Translations under genes and position numbers: made by a program
Assembly (NCBI RefSeq): GCF_006345805.1
Contig: NC_042998.1
Coordinates: forward strand, 154,938,001 to 155,002,000
Length of the DNA stretch: 64,000 nucleotides
Origin: Octopus sinensis
Lineage: Eukaryota
Reading direction: 5' to 3'
Notes under the pieces: generated by a model
Told to the model about the DNA's origin: nothing
The model's database searches: none
The model's input: only the letters and a program-made list of their open reading frames with translations
In this document: one piece after another, positions 29,295 through 43,280 of the stretch
Layout: every line of letters begins with the position of its first letter
Numbering within the stretch: position 1 is the first letter of the stretch

Positions 29295-29535
29295 TCACTG
29301 GATGTGCAATGTCAGAGTGAACGCATGACAGAGTGTGTCTTGAAAGAAAAATTGGGTATAAGAGGCATCACATGTAATGTGCAAGAGAAAAAACTGTGCT
29401 AGTATGATCATGTGATGTCTATGGATAAGGGCAGCTGCGTAAAGAAGTACCGATCTCTAATTGTGGAAGAAACCTATAGAAGTAGACTCAGGAAGATGTG
29501 AGACAATGTAGTGAAATATGATCTTCGGATGTTTA
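29295..29535 (+). mobile_element. RTE ORF2 C-terminal fragment
   Basis: Aligns by eye with 26243-26480 (ggatgtgcaatgtcagagtg...gtagactcaggaagatgtg). Confidence 0.7.
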
Positions 29536-31599
29536 TTATTATCTTTATTTTTTTTGTTTGTTTTGATACATTTCTGAACAATATCACAATATTTGTTTAT
29601 CAAATATTACAGACATTATATTACAGACATTTTTTTTAACACAAATTTGAGACAAAAACTTTTTTTGACATTTCCATATTCTTCATTTCACATTTAAATG
29701 AAGCTTTGTTTTACAATAGTATAATACATTTCAAAGATAATATTTTCATAAATATAGCTAAAATAATAAATTGAAGTGACTAGTCTACTTGGAAATGCTT
29801 AAATAACCAGCTATTAAGTCTTTGATTTTAAAGGGTTTTACAAATCACTTAAAAATGAACAACTTTAATCACCTGTTTGGTAAATCAACCTAAGAGAAAA
29901 ATATAATTGTCAAATTTAGTGAAGATTTAAGTTAAACAGAATCAACTGAGTTTTTTCTCAATATCTTATATTCAGTAAAAATTACTTGGAATAAAAATTG
30001 ATAATGTGCACTACTTCCAAATGAGTAACAGCAAATCATGTTGAAAGAAAAATTTAAAAGAAAATGTCATAAAGCAAATAAAAAGACATGCAGATATAAT
30101 TTGATGATAACTAAAGAGTATGACTAGCTAAGGTTAAGCTAAATGTTTACATCTAGCAAGTGGGATGCATTTCATTTCTGGTAGATTCAGTTATTCTTAG
30201 AAGAGAAATATAATCTACAATATTCTGATTCTATTGAAAAGGGTGCTGATACCTTAAAACTTACCTCATTCTCTTTGTGCTCAGTGCACTTTTCCTTTAT
30301 TCCAGTTTGCTTGCATTCCATAAAAAAAGAAGCTTTCAATGAAACAAGTGTGGTGGAGGCATTTTATGGAGTATGAGGAGGTTTGCTCAGAACTTAATTT
30401 AATAATGACACTTTAAAATTGTTAAACATCAACATAGTTTTTATTAATTTTTCAGAGTTAAGAAAAATTTAATGACTTTTCTTTCTAAAGTTATGCAAGA
30501 AGCTGAGAATCTGAAACAAGGTTTCTGACAGTGAAAGGATGACAAACTTCTTGAATCTTAACCTTTAAGAATTTATATTCCAATATCTAGTTAAACAACA
30601 GTATAATCAATTTAATTGGTTTAGAAATACTTGAAGGCTTTATCAAAGTTTATAAATTGTACTTGGTTTATTAAAATAAACATTTACAAGAACTATTCTA
30701 TTTAAAGAAAAAAATATATACATTCATTCAAACAATCAAAGGCTGGAGATGGATTGGATAATTTTGTTATAATTATATTTTACAGTGTTTTGTGTCATCC
30801 AGGGATGTCATCACCCAAACCACAGATCAATGAAAAGTACTAGTTGCTTTAACAAAAAGGAATTCCACTTATAATACAAAGGAACTCCAAAGATGCAAAG
30901 AGTTGCAATACCATCACTTTTTAAGATAATGATAATCTGTGGTAAAAGTAAGGGTGCTTAACTACCTCATCATAAAACAAATATATTATAGGATTATTAA
31001 AATACCAGTGCCACCAGATTTTCCTTGCAACTAATTTATTTTGTGACTGATAATTGATGACATCATATTTTAGAGGCTGACTCCAATATCTAAAGCTATC
31101 TCTTCATATTCAACTGTGCCTGTTATTTCCTTTCATTAAAAGCTGTTTACATAAAAAAAACCTGTGTAAGTGCATGAACATGCATATATTAAAAAGAATA
31201 AACTTCAGTCACAAAAGCCAAAAATTACCAAATTAATAAAAAAAAATTTTAATGAATTATTATATATTTATGTATTTCACTAACAAATTGCTAGCTTTCC
31301 TCATATATATATAAATAACAATATAATATTACTCTTATTAAAATATTTGCTAAACGTACCAGCTCAAAAAGTAAAAGAAACTAGTACAATACTTTATTAT
31401 TATTACCTGCACATCTTTAAATTTCTTATAATTATGGCTGTGTTTCATTCCCCTTGGAAACAAAAAATTGTTTATATAGTTTGAAACTTTTAATGTTCAT
31501 AACAGGATATTTTAAAATGATATTATTTGGATAATCTACTAAGATCAATTCCCTTTAGAAATAATCTTCGTAGATCCATCACTGACTAATCTTCATTGA

Positions 31600-31709
<110 letters not shown>

Positions 31710-33879
31710 TTTCTTACCTGATTATTATCAAGATGTAGTTACACTTAAATTTAATGCATACAGATAGACAATGTTGATAGATAGAGAGAAACAACATCAT
31801 TATCCCAAAGCATTCAAAACTTTGAAACATTACAGACACTGCAATTTTGCTTACTCTTGAAATCAACATTGGTGTTGATTTATAATAACTTCAACACAAA
31901 ATACTTAGTAAAAATAATTAAGATTTTTGATTTGGTGTGCATCTTCATTAGTTTAATAACTCCTGAAAAAATGTATAGAGCAATCAAATTTATTGTAAAG
32001 ATAAACAGTCAATAGTTTCTAGAATTGCAAACACTTTGTGAACAGAAATACAATAACTTTTTATATTCTACTATTATGTTTTCACAATAATAATGTGATT
32101 GCTCATAACCTGTTAAAATGTGTGTGTGTGAATGTGCATGCATGAGAGAGAGAGAGAGAGTAAAATAACAAGAAAGACTGAAATAAATTAGTATGTTAAT
32201 GATGCTAAATTTGAAAAAACTTTCCTTCATAAGATTTAAAAAAATTTAATTTGTCTATATTTTAGTGAATGTATTGCCAATATAACTTCTATGGAATAGC
32301 ACAAAATATTTCAATAATTATTAAAAAATAATGAACATTCTAATGTGTGCAATGCAATATTCTATCATCTTTGGACAATATTCCAATATATTCTCATCTA
32401 TAAGAAAAAAAAAATTATCCATGATACATGCACATAAAATAAAAAAGAGAATTAACAAAATGCATACAGTTATGAAGCAAACAAAGTATTCAGAATAAAA
32501 ACAGATTAAAAATGTATAGCTAATATTTATTTCAGAAAAACTGATAAAACAAACACTTCAACTTTTGATATTCATTTTCCATATTAATATCAGAGGAATG
32601 ATTTTGACAAATTTAAAAATTGCAAACTGCTACTCTTTCTGCAACTAGCAAAATTGTGAAGTAAAAATGAAACTTGTTTGTTATCACCCATACGGACCAA
32701 AGAAAACAGTTATTAAAAGCTTTGAACTGATAATCATACAGTTAACAGTGCAGCAATTTAATTTCCTAAATAAAAGATTGATATTACTTTAACTCCAAGT
32801 CAATAAATACGGATAAGTTTATCAGTTGAATAAGCTAGTTACCAATGATTTTCAGTTATATTTTCAGTTTATATTACTACAGTTATTTAATAGATAAAGT
32901 GAAAAATATTTAAAAGAGATGCAGCATGAAGTTTTGTCAGTGAACAGGTCACAGTCTCAAAGCGGCAAAAATATTTTGACTAATTAAATTTAAATGTTGA
33001 AGTGAATCGAACGGTTTTGTGTGTTTCTTAAATGGCTTATAAACACCTTCCACGCTGCAATTGATTTAAAAAATAGTTAAATAGAATATCTTGAATACTT
33101 TTTATTTCTTAAATTGTAGAATAAGAACTGTACCTAAAGCCTTTTTAGTTCTTCATAAATTAGTGGATCAAGTGTATAATGTAATGGTAGTTAATTCACT
33201 TGAATTTCTGTTGTTTTCTAAAACTGAAGCGATGAAGCAGTGCTCATAACCATTTGTGATCCTCTCTCTAAATCAAGGAGAAATGGCATATGATTATTGG
33301 TAGCTTGAATTCTTACAGATTGGATGAGAAAAAAGCTCCAGAGAAATGTGGAAGAATTGAAAAAAACTACTTGTCATGAAAAATGATATAGTAGGATGGG
33401 ACGGGATTGATTAGGTTTAAATAAGAATGAATACTGTCACTAGTTTGGAGAAAAGAGATTCTATTAAAGTAGTAACAGAAAGGCAGTTAACGAAAAGACC
33501 TGCCTAGTAAAAAGGATTTTTAAACACAGACAATATCCTAGATATGTAAGCATTATTACTATGTAAGATATATATGTGGCTTGTTAGTAGCCGAGCCCTA
33601 AAAGAAATTTTATGGTGTAATCTTGATGAAGTAGAGAATGAGAGATTATTATGAAAAAGTGGTATAGACAGTTAAGCCCATCATATTCAAGGTGCAGGGA
33701 AAATCTGAGATGTCTACACTTGCTTTTTAGGATACAATGGCATGCCTGAGTTTTCTTGATATTTGTTATTCCAAGTCATATAAAACTGAGATAATGTTTA
33801 GTATAGGAGTCATTGCATAAACTAAATATGTTAAATAGATTATGGTAGGTGCAGGTGTGGATCTTTTGTAAGAATAAGC

Positions 33880-34030
33880 ACAAGCATGGCTGTGTGGTAA
33901 GAAGCTTGCTTCCCAACCACATGTCCCACTGTGTGACACCTTGGGCAAGTGTCTTCTACTATAGCTTCAGGCCAACCAAAGCCTCGTGAGTGGAGTTGGT
34001 AGATGGAGACTAAAAGGAACCTGTTGTGTG
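33880..34030 (+). mobile_element. tRNA-derived SINE, 5' half
   Basis: atggctgtgtggtaagaagcttgcttcccaaccacatg...ccttgggcaagtgtcttctactatagc. Confidence 0.8.
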
Positions 34031-34850
34031 TCATCATCATCATCGTTTAACGACCATTTTCCATGCTGGCATGGGTTGGATGGTTTGAATGAGGTTTGGA
34101 AAGCCAGCAGCTGCACCAGGCTCCAATCTGATTTGGCAATGTTTCTACAGCTGGATACCCTTCCTAATGGCAACCACTCCAAGAGTGTAGTGGGTGCTTT
34201 TTATGTGCCAACAGCACAGGAACCAGTCACACAGGCCTGGCATCGATGACGTTTGGATAGTGCTTTTTACATGCCACTGGCACAGGAGCCAGTCAGGGGG
34301 TACTTTTAAATGAGCCAGACATGCAACACTGACATCGGCCATGATCTCTCTTTAGTTGCTGGGTCTGCTCAATCACAGCATATCTCCAAAGGTCTTGGTC
34401 TCCTGTCATTGCTTCTGTGAGGCCCAACATATGAAGGTCATCCCATGAAGGTCACCACTTCATCCCATGTCTTCCTGGGTCTACCACTACCACAGGTTCC
34501 TTTCACAGTTAGGGTGTGGCACTTTCTCCAACAGCTGTCCTCATCCATACATAACACATGACCATACCAACACAGTCATCTCTCTTGCACACCACATTTG
34601 ATGCTTCTTATGTCCAACTTTTCTCTCAGGGAGATCACACTCTGTCGTGTATGCACACTGACATTACACATCCAGGAGATCATACTAGCTTCATTTCTTT
34701 CAAGCCTACACCATCCTCAGCAGTCATGGCCTATGTTTCACTGTCATGTAGCATGGCAGTTCATACACATGCATCATACTGTCTACAGTTGTCAGCAGAG
34801 GTAAGAGCCCCTTGAATTTTACCTGGGCTATTCTTATTCTAGCCGCTACA
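34031..34850 (-). mobile_element. RTE LINE 3' fragment with (GAT)n tail
   Basis: (CAT)n at 34031-34045 on the plus strand, then the shared RTE 3' UTR and the ORF2 C-terminus. Confidence 0.85.
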
Positions 34851-35702
34851 CACGCACACACACATAAAACAAAGTAAAATTGGATGGTACCACAAGAGTG
34901 AAAATATATAGGGAAGAGGATTTGAAAATGCAGAGGTCTTTTAAAGACGATTATTGACTTGACCGGTTTCACTTTTTAAAAAAAAGATTTTCAAAAGTAA
35001 AATGTAAGGCTTTGTGTAGCCTTTGTGGTGTTAAAAAATGGTTAACATAGATGTATTAATATACAGTGACAGAGTCTTTAACAATGATGAGAAAATGTTA
35101 AGAAATTTAATCCTGTGAATGCTTTCCCCCACCAACCAACCTCCCACACTATTTTTAAAAATAGCAACCATCCTTGTCAAACACGCATACAAGACTAGAA
35201 ATAAAGAAAAAAGGTTGGTCATTCTCCTAAAATTCTGTATAAATACTTAAATATGATTTCTGATGAAGTTTTGACTAAACAATACATGCTTTCTCCTATC
35301 AAATACTGTCTACAAATTCTTTCTGAATATATGCTTATATTCAATCAAGATTTTTGATAAACTTTTATCAATTTATTTTACTACCTATTTTGAACACTTT
35401 TATGTAACATTTTCTTATCATTGCTAAAGATTCTATTTCTTAACATTTCTCCTATCATTGTCAAAGACTCTATCATTGTATTTTAAAACATCTATGTAAA
35501 CCATTTTTTAACACCACAAAGACTACACAAAGGCTTACATTTTACTTTTGAAAATTTTTTTTAAAAAAAGTGAAACCGGTCAAATCAATAAACATCTTTA
35601 AAAGACCTCTGCATTTTCAAATCCTCCTCCCTGTATATTTTCACTCATGCAGTACCATCCAATTTTACTTTGTTATACATAGCCACCACATGAGGCCCGA
35701 AA

Positions 35703-38700
35703 ATGCCACCAAAGTCACAACAAACTGAAAACTCATTGAACCAAAGTATCTTAAAAGAATTACAGGGAATTTCCTATAAATTTTCAACCCTGACTAACAA
35801 ATTCAAGCAGTCACATTTCTACCTAAATGGACTCCTGGAAGATGAAACAGTTAACCAAACACCTGACATTATCCCAACACTAAACAAACCAAAACTACTG
35901 AGACAACAATGCTCCAAAAGCAAGAACATACAACAGATAGTTACTCAATAAAAAACACACTAAACTATGTTTGGATTAAAATCCTCACAGCATGCAAGTT
36001 TGCTTTTTGGAACATCATAAAAGATAGTAACAAAGCAGAACTTTATGAAAAGTTGTTCAACTCCACCCCATTCATCCTTCCCCAAAATCTCCAAATAAAA
36101 CCCATCAGAAATCAGAAAACCAACAAAGACTCAGGGAGAAATTGGCCTTAGAAAAATTCAAAATGGAAATAGAGTTGTTACAGCTAAGAGCCAACTCCAA
36201 CGAGGAAAAATTCAAGGCACTTGATAACGAAATGGAAATTGAAATTTCAAAATGCTGTGAAGGTGCACTCCTTGATAGAACCACCAAACTTTGGAAAAAA
36301 AAGTGTGAGGATGAAGAACTAACATCCCTTCAATGATGGGGAAAAAATACCATTTGGTTCACCAATTACGAAATGGATTTTAAAAGCGAACATCATAGAA
36401 GCAACCCATATTTGAAAAAAATTTAACTCACACACCTCACCTACAACAAACAAAACAAATTGCAAAACATCAAACACACACCACTCCAAACTTTGACAAT
36501 AATAACAGAACTTACAGACAACACTATAACCTTACCAAAAGAACCCAGGCACCCTCCAACTCAAGACAAGACTGTACCCGACACTATAGATCCCAGCCCA
36601 CACAGGAGTCATTCCAAAATCATAGATCCCATCCAACACATAGGAATTCATTTCTAAACCATGACCATAGGTTTCAACCTACACTAAGGAACCAAAATTA
36701 CATCCATCACCAACAACCCAGACCCAGGAATATCCAAAACTTCCTTAGAAGGCCACACAATAATGGGGAAAATGCCAGTATACACCAAAATACCAACAGA
36801 AGAACCTCCAGAAATCATTTTTTAGGCTAAGGCAACAGAATCCACAACAGCAGAAGGTACATACCAACCATGAAAAACCAAAAATAGTGAATCTTTCAAG
36901 CCTAATCCTGTCAACCTAACAAATTAAAATCCCCTCAAAGGGATTGAAATTCACTCTAACACCACAATACCCTAACCTCAATGAAATACATGAGGGTATT
37001 TCACACTTCTGTAGAAAATTATGCTTCACAGAAGAATTTTTCAACAAGGAAAATAATGATGAATCAATGGTACGCAATAAAAGCAATTACAATTCTACAA
37101 AAGGCAGGAACAAAATTCTGTGACTACATATCAAACTTCTCTTATAGTGAACTACCACAACCTAAACCCAAATCCAATACTGATAAAAGTGAATGGGAAA
37201 TCATCCATGAGTTATAAAACAATCAAGGGAGCAGATAAGGGAAATACTGTCATAATTATGGAGACAGAACAATACAAAATCTCTCTATCTCACCCCTTAC
37301 AAGATACTACCTACTATGAAATAGTCAACTACCAACACTCAAAAATGATGTCCAAATTAAACACACTCATTTGCCAACATCAAAATAATTTAATGACAAA
37401 GGAATGTGACTACTTAATAAATTTTGATTGCAAAACCAGCAACCTCTATGGGCTTCCAAAAATCCACAAGAGCAAAATAATTACTGAAGCTTGCAAAAAG
37501 TCCACCTCAACCTGCATCACTGTACCACATCCCACTGATCTTAAACTGAGGCCAATTGTGGCAGGTCCAAACTATGAAACACACAGATTAAGCAACTTCA
37601 TTGATATACTCTTAAAACCAATACTTAAACACATACCAAGTATTGTAAGAGACGACCTGGACCTCCTAAACCACCTCCCCAAACATGTCAATAAAGACAT
37701 TTTCATTGTCTCTTTTGATGTAATAAACCTTTATACTACGATTCCACATCAACACTGGCCAGAAGCCATTAAATTCTGGCTAGAAAAATACCTCAATGAG
37801 GTCCTGGAAAGAATAAAAAAAGAATTTATCATTGAGGGCCTTAAGTTTATTCTCTAAAACAACTTTTTAAATTTTAATAATACCTACAAACAGGTATCAT
37901 TGACTGCGATGGGTACTAAAGTTGCCTCAACTTATGCCAATATGGTGATTACCTACCTGGAAGTACAAATATATGGACAATCCGAATTAAAATACGGCCT
38001 GTCTTTCCACAAATACCCATTGGAGAATTGGAGACATCACTTGGCTGACTGCCTCATTCTATAGTGTCACACATTTGATCAACTCAATGCATTCAAAAAT
38101 TTAATCAACAGCGTCAACAACCATATTCAATTTACAATGGAATATAGTCAAGACCAACTCCCATTTCTTGATATTCTTATAATAAAAAAGGCACCAACAT
38201 TGAAACTGATATCCACTACAAACCGACTGATTCCAAACAATACCCCCTGTTCACCTCCAATCACCCAAAGCACATGAAGACAAACATACCCTTCAATCTA
38301 GTGAGAAGAATCTGTATAATTGTCTCAAATTACGTAATGTAAAATAAAAGACTCCAAGAACTAAAGGAAATTCTTCTCGAAAGACAGAACCCAGCATTAT
38401 TAGTTGACAATGGAATAGAATGGGCTAAGACAATCGATATCCAAGACTTATGTTAAAACCAAAGTACATTCAATAGTCTCCCATATCTCTCAACACACAA
38501 TCCAAAAAATACAGAAACTTACACAATTATATACAAGAACACCACACTACTGAGTCAAGACCCACATTTAAAAAAAGTACTTGAAACCCATAAAATAATA
38601 AAAAGCAAGAGACAACCCAAATAAAAACTTACTCACCAGTGCAAAATTACCCAACACAAGCCCAACACTCACCGTCAAAAAATGTGGTTGCTCTAATTGC

Positions 38701-38884
38701 AGGATCTGCATCCACCTCATTGAAGAACTTCAACTGTACATCAAAAAATTTACTTTATGCCATTACGTGTGAAGGGTGCCACAAAGACTACATAGAGCAA
38801 ACTAGTCTTACTCTCAGAGATAGGATGACAGTCCACCACCAACAATTGAGGGATCCCACTGAGATAAGTCCCCCAAATTCCTAG
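35703..38884 (+). pseudogene. PLE polyprotein (RT and GIY-YIG endonuclease), many stops and frameshifts
   Basis: Motifs lie in ORF pieces 37120-37857 and 38639-38884; the intervening DNA shows further RT-like motifs (MGTKVASTYAN, LPFLDI) in broken frames. Confidence 0.8.
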
Positions 38885-39019
38885 TTTTCCCATTGTGCCA
38901 GTGCCCAGACAGCACCACTGACCGAACAAGGATAAATAAGGAAAATATCCTTATTCAAAAATACAGACCACAACTCAACATACTCTAACATCTCAAAAAA
39001 TATATTTGGACTGCTGACA

Positions 39020-40000
39020 CATAAACACAATACCCCTACCCCTCAGGTATACATCCACAACAAACACACACACAAACACAATGCAAACCCCCATACACAC
39101 ACACACAAACACAATATCCCCATTCTTGAGCACAAATACACACATATTCCAAGAAAAAAACACACACATATACACATGCAATACAATTCTAGCAATCACA
39201 ATAAACACTCAGACACACACACATAAACACGTACAATCACACATTTACAAACACCGCCCTCACAATATGAAGACATACAAATCCACACAAATACAACACA
39301 ATCCACCCACACACAAACACAATATGCCCATTCCCCAGTAAAAAAAACACACACACTCAAAGAAAAAACAGAGATATACACACACAATACAATTCCAACA
39401 ATCACAACAAACACTCAGACACACACAATAACACACACTACCCTGACAAATACAAGACACACTCACACGGCACAAACAATACAAATAAAACACTCAGAAA
39501 AATACACCCAAACATATGCACACACACACCCGAAAATTATATAAACCACACCCACATATACACATACAAACGCATACTCCGTACAAACATGCACAGTACA
39601 TACATGCACACACATACACACCAGCTTGATAAACATAACAGACACATGGACACATGCAGAGCCCCTGACAAATGAAACACACTGACACACACATACACAT
39701 ACATACATATGCACAGCCATACACACATACGGATGGATCCACACACACCACCCAGACAATTATAACACTACAAACATACACAGAGAGACACACACACATA
39801 TACTCATGTGCACACACACACAAACATACACACACACACATGAACAAACACACACACATGAACAAACACACACACACACATGCAGCACCCTGACAAATAC
39901 AAATCACATACATACAAACGTGCACACATATACTCACCACCCTGCTGAATATAAAACACACACAAACACAGATCTATACACACACACACACACACACACA
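39020..40000. repeat. ~1-kb CA-rich low-complexity tract
   Basis: Directly visible. The ORFs here are CV/HT-repeat artefacts. Confidence 0.9.
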
Positions 40001-41540
40001 CAACACACTGAACTCTAAGACCAGTCCAAAAACCACTGAACCATGACAGACTAGCCCAGAAACAAAAAAAATCCTTTTGATTCTACAAATCAGATCCTGT
40101 CAATGCTTTCCCCTACCAACCAACCTCCCATACTGTTTCTAAAAATAGTAACCATCCTTGCCAAATACACATACAAGACTGGAGATAAAGAAAAAAAGGT
40201 TGGTCATTCCCTTAAAATTCTGTATAATACTTAAATATAATTTCTGATGAAGTTTTGACTAAGCAATACATGCTTTCTCCTATCAAATACTGTCTACAAA
40301 TTCTTTCTGTCTATATGCTTACGAGTATATACAATCATGATTTTTGAAAACTAATAAATAATTACGAATTTATTTTACTACCTATTTTGAACACTTTTAT
40401 GTAAACTTTTAATACAAAGCCCCTCTTAACATTTTCTTATCATTGTCAGATTCTATTTCTTAATATTTTCTTATATACTCTATACTTGTATTTTAAAACA
40501 TCTATGTAAGCCCTTTTTTAACACCACAAAGACTACACAAAGGCTTACATTTTACTTTTAAAAATCTTTTTCCCAAAAAAGTGAAACTGGTCAAATCAAT
40601 AAACATCTTTAAAAGATGTTTGCATTTTCAAATCCTCTTCCCTATATATATAGTACTTATTCTATCAGTCAATTCTGCTGAACCACTAAGTTACGCGGGC
40701 ATAAACACACCAACATTAGTTGTCAAGCGATGTTGGGGACGCAAACACAGATATATACACACACACACACACAACACACTGAACTCTAAGACCAGTCCAA
40801 AAACCACTGAACCATGACAGACTAGCCCAGAAACAAAAAAAATCCTTTTGATTCTACAAATCAGATCCTGTCAATGCTTTCCCCTACCAACCAACCTCCC
40901 ATACTGTTTCTAAAAATAGTAACCATCCTTGCCAAATACACATACAAGACTGGAGATAAAGAAAAAAAGGTTGGTCATTCCCTTAAAATTCTGTATAAAT
41001 ACTTAAATATAATTTCTGATGAAGTTTTGACTAAGCAATACATGCTTTCTCCTATCAAATACTGTCTACAAATTCTTTCTGTCTATATGCTTACGAGTAT
41101 ATACAATCATGATTTTTGAAAACTAATAAATAATTACGAATTTATTTTACTACCTATTTTGAACACTTTTATGTAAACTTTTAATACAAAGCCCCTCTTA
41201 ACATTTTCTTATCATTGTCAGATTCTATTTCTTAATATTTTCTTATATACTCTATACTTGTATTTTAAAACATCTATGTAAGCCCTTTTTTAACACCACA
41301 AAGACTACACAAAGGCTTACATTTTACTTTTAAAAATCTTTTTCCCAAAAAAGTGAAACTGGTCAAATCAATAAACATCTTTAAAAGATGTTTGCATTTT
41401 CAAATCCTCTTCCCTATATATATAGTACTTATTCTATCAGTCAATTCTGCTGAACCACTAAGTTACGCGGGCATAAACACACCAACATTAGTTGTCAAGC
41501 GATGTTGGGGACGCAAACACAGATATATACACACACACAC
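39999..41540. repeat. 772-bp near-perfect tandem duplication (pLTR plus SINE fragment)
   Basis: Identical ORF starts at 40581 and 41353 (period 772). The only difference I noticed is tgtataatac vs tgtataaatac. Confidence 0.9.
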
Positions 41541-41716
41541 ACACACATATACGATTGGCTTCTTTCAGTTTCCATCTACCAAATCCACTCACAAGGCTTT
41601 GGTCAGCCCAAGGCTATACTAAAAGACACTTGCCCAAGATGCCATGCAGTGGGACTGAACCTGGAAGTATGTTGTTGGTAAGCAACCTACTTACCACACA
41701 GCTACTCCTGCACCTA
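41430..41716 (-). mobile_element. tRNA-derived SINE lacking its 3' tail, abutting the PLE pLTR
   Basis: Reverse complement of the SINE head and body. Confidence 0.8.
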
Positions 41717-41719
41717 TAA

Positions 41720-41770
<51 letters not shown>

Positions 41771-41773
<3 letters not shown>

Positions 41774-42990
41774 TCATCATCATCATTTAATGTCCGCTTT
41801 CCATGCTAGCATGGGTTGGACAATTTGACTGAGGTCTGGCGAAGCAAATGGTGCACCAGACTCCAATCTGATCTGGCAGAGTTTCTACAGCTGGATGCCC
41901 TTACTAATGCCAACCACTCCGAGAGTGTAGTGGGTGCTTTTATGTGCCACCGGCATGAGGGCCAGTCAGGCGGTACTGGCAACAACCTCGCTCAAATGGT
42001 GCTTTTTATGTGCCACCTGCGCAGGAGCCAGTCCAGTGGCAATGACCTCGCTTGAATGCTTTTTCATGTACCACCAGTACAAGTGCCAGTAAGGCAACAC
42101 AGATAATGATCACGCTCAAATGGCATTTTTTTACGTGCCACCAGCACGGAGGCCAGCTTCTTGCTCTGGCAACGATCATGCTCAGCTGGTACTCTTAGCG
42201 CTCCACAAGCACGGATGCCAGTCATTGAATTTGTTTTCGATTTCACTTGCCTCAATAGGTCTTTGCAAGCACAGTTTTGTGTCCAATGGAGGAAAGGTAC
42301 GCATAAGTAGGCTGGTTACACCCCTGGCATAAGCCACAAGGTTATGGTCTCATTTGAGCTTGCCAAGTCTTCTCAAGCACAACATATTTCCAAAGGTTCC
42401 GGTTACTAGTCATTGCCTCGGTGAGGCAATGAGTAAGATCTCTCTGAACTTTGCCCAGGCTATTCTTATTCTAGCAGCTACACTTTCAGCGCACCCTCCC
42501 CTGCTACTGACTTGGTCACCTAGGTAATGGAAGCTATCAACTACTTATAGTTTTTCTCCCTGTAATGTAGCGGAAGTTGTTCTCTGCACATTTTTGGTGC
42601 TTATTGCTCCTGAGCGTCTGCCACATACAAAAACTATCTTCCCAGTTAGCCTTCCTTTGATATTGCTGCACCTCTTATGTGTCCATAGCTTACACTTGGT
42701 ACATCTTATAGAGTTTCTACCTACGCCTTTTCTACAGATCGAGCAGGGCCATCTACCTGAAGGGATTTATGGTTTGCCTGCCTTCCTACTTATTAGGACT
42801 TTGGTTTTAGCTAGATTGACTCTAAGGCTCTTCGATTCTAATCCTTGTTTCCACACTTGAAACTTCTCCTCTAGTTCTGATAGTGACTCAGCAATTAGAG
42901 CAAGGTCGTCAGCATAGAGGAGCTCCCAGGGGCATCCTGTCTTGAATTCCTCCATTATTGCCTGGAGGATTATGATAATAGGAGGGGGCT
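41771..42990 (-). mobile_element. RTE LINE 3' fragment with PHD finger and internal deletion
   Basis: (CAT)n tail, RTE 3' UTR, and the RT C-terminus LLYADD...KTKVL plus a PHD segment on the minus strand. Confidence 0.85.
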
Positions 42991-43044
42991 GATGACTGAA
43001 CCTTGGTGATATGCATGCCGCCTAGAAAATCATCATCCCCACCC

Positions 43045-43280
43045 ATCTTCTGTTGCATAGTGTTTGTGTCTGCATTTCTCCACTCACCCCACCATTGCTT
43101 GACAACTGATGTTGGCGTGTTTACATCCCTGTAACTTAGCAGTTTGGCATAAGAAGTCAATAGAATAAGTAGTAGGCTTACAAAGAAGAAGTCCTGGGGT
43201 TGATTTGTTTAACTAAAACCCCTTAAGGTGGTGCTCCTGCATGGCTCCAGTCAAATGACTGAAACAAGTAAAAGAATAAG
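43045..43280 (+). mobile_element. tRNA-derived SINE, 3' half
   Basis: cttgacaactgatgttggcgtgtttac...gtcaaatgactgaaacaagtaaaaga. Confidence 0.8.

Larger units (their letters stand above)
34866..41425 (+). mobile_element. Penelope-like element (Neptune-type), decayed, with an inverted 5' pLTR segment and direct pLTRs
   Basis: RT fragments ADKGNTVIIM, LYGLPKIHK, LRPIVAG, SFDVINLYTTIPH and a Cys-rich GIY-YIG region NCTSKNLLYAITCEGCHKDYI. The ~600-bp repeat at 35055-35640 recurs at 40070-40645 and 40845-41425. Confidence 0.85.
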
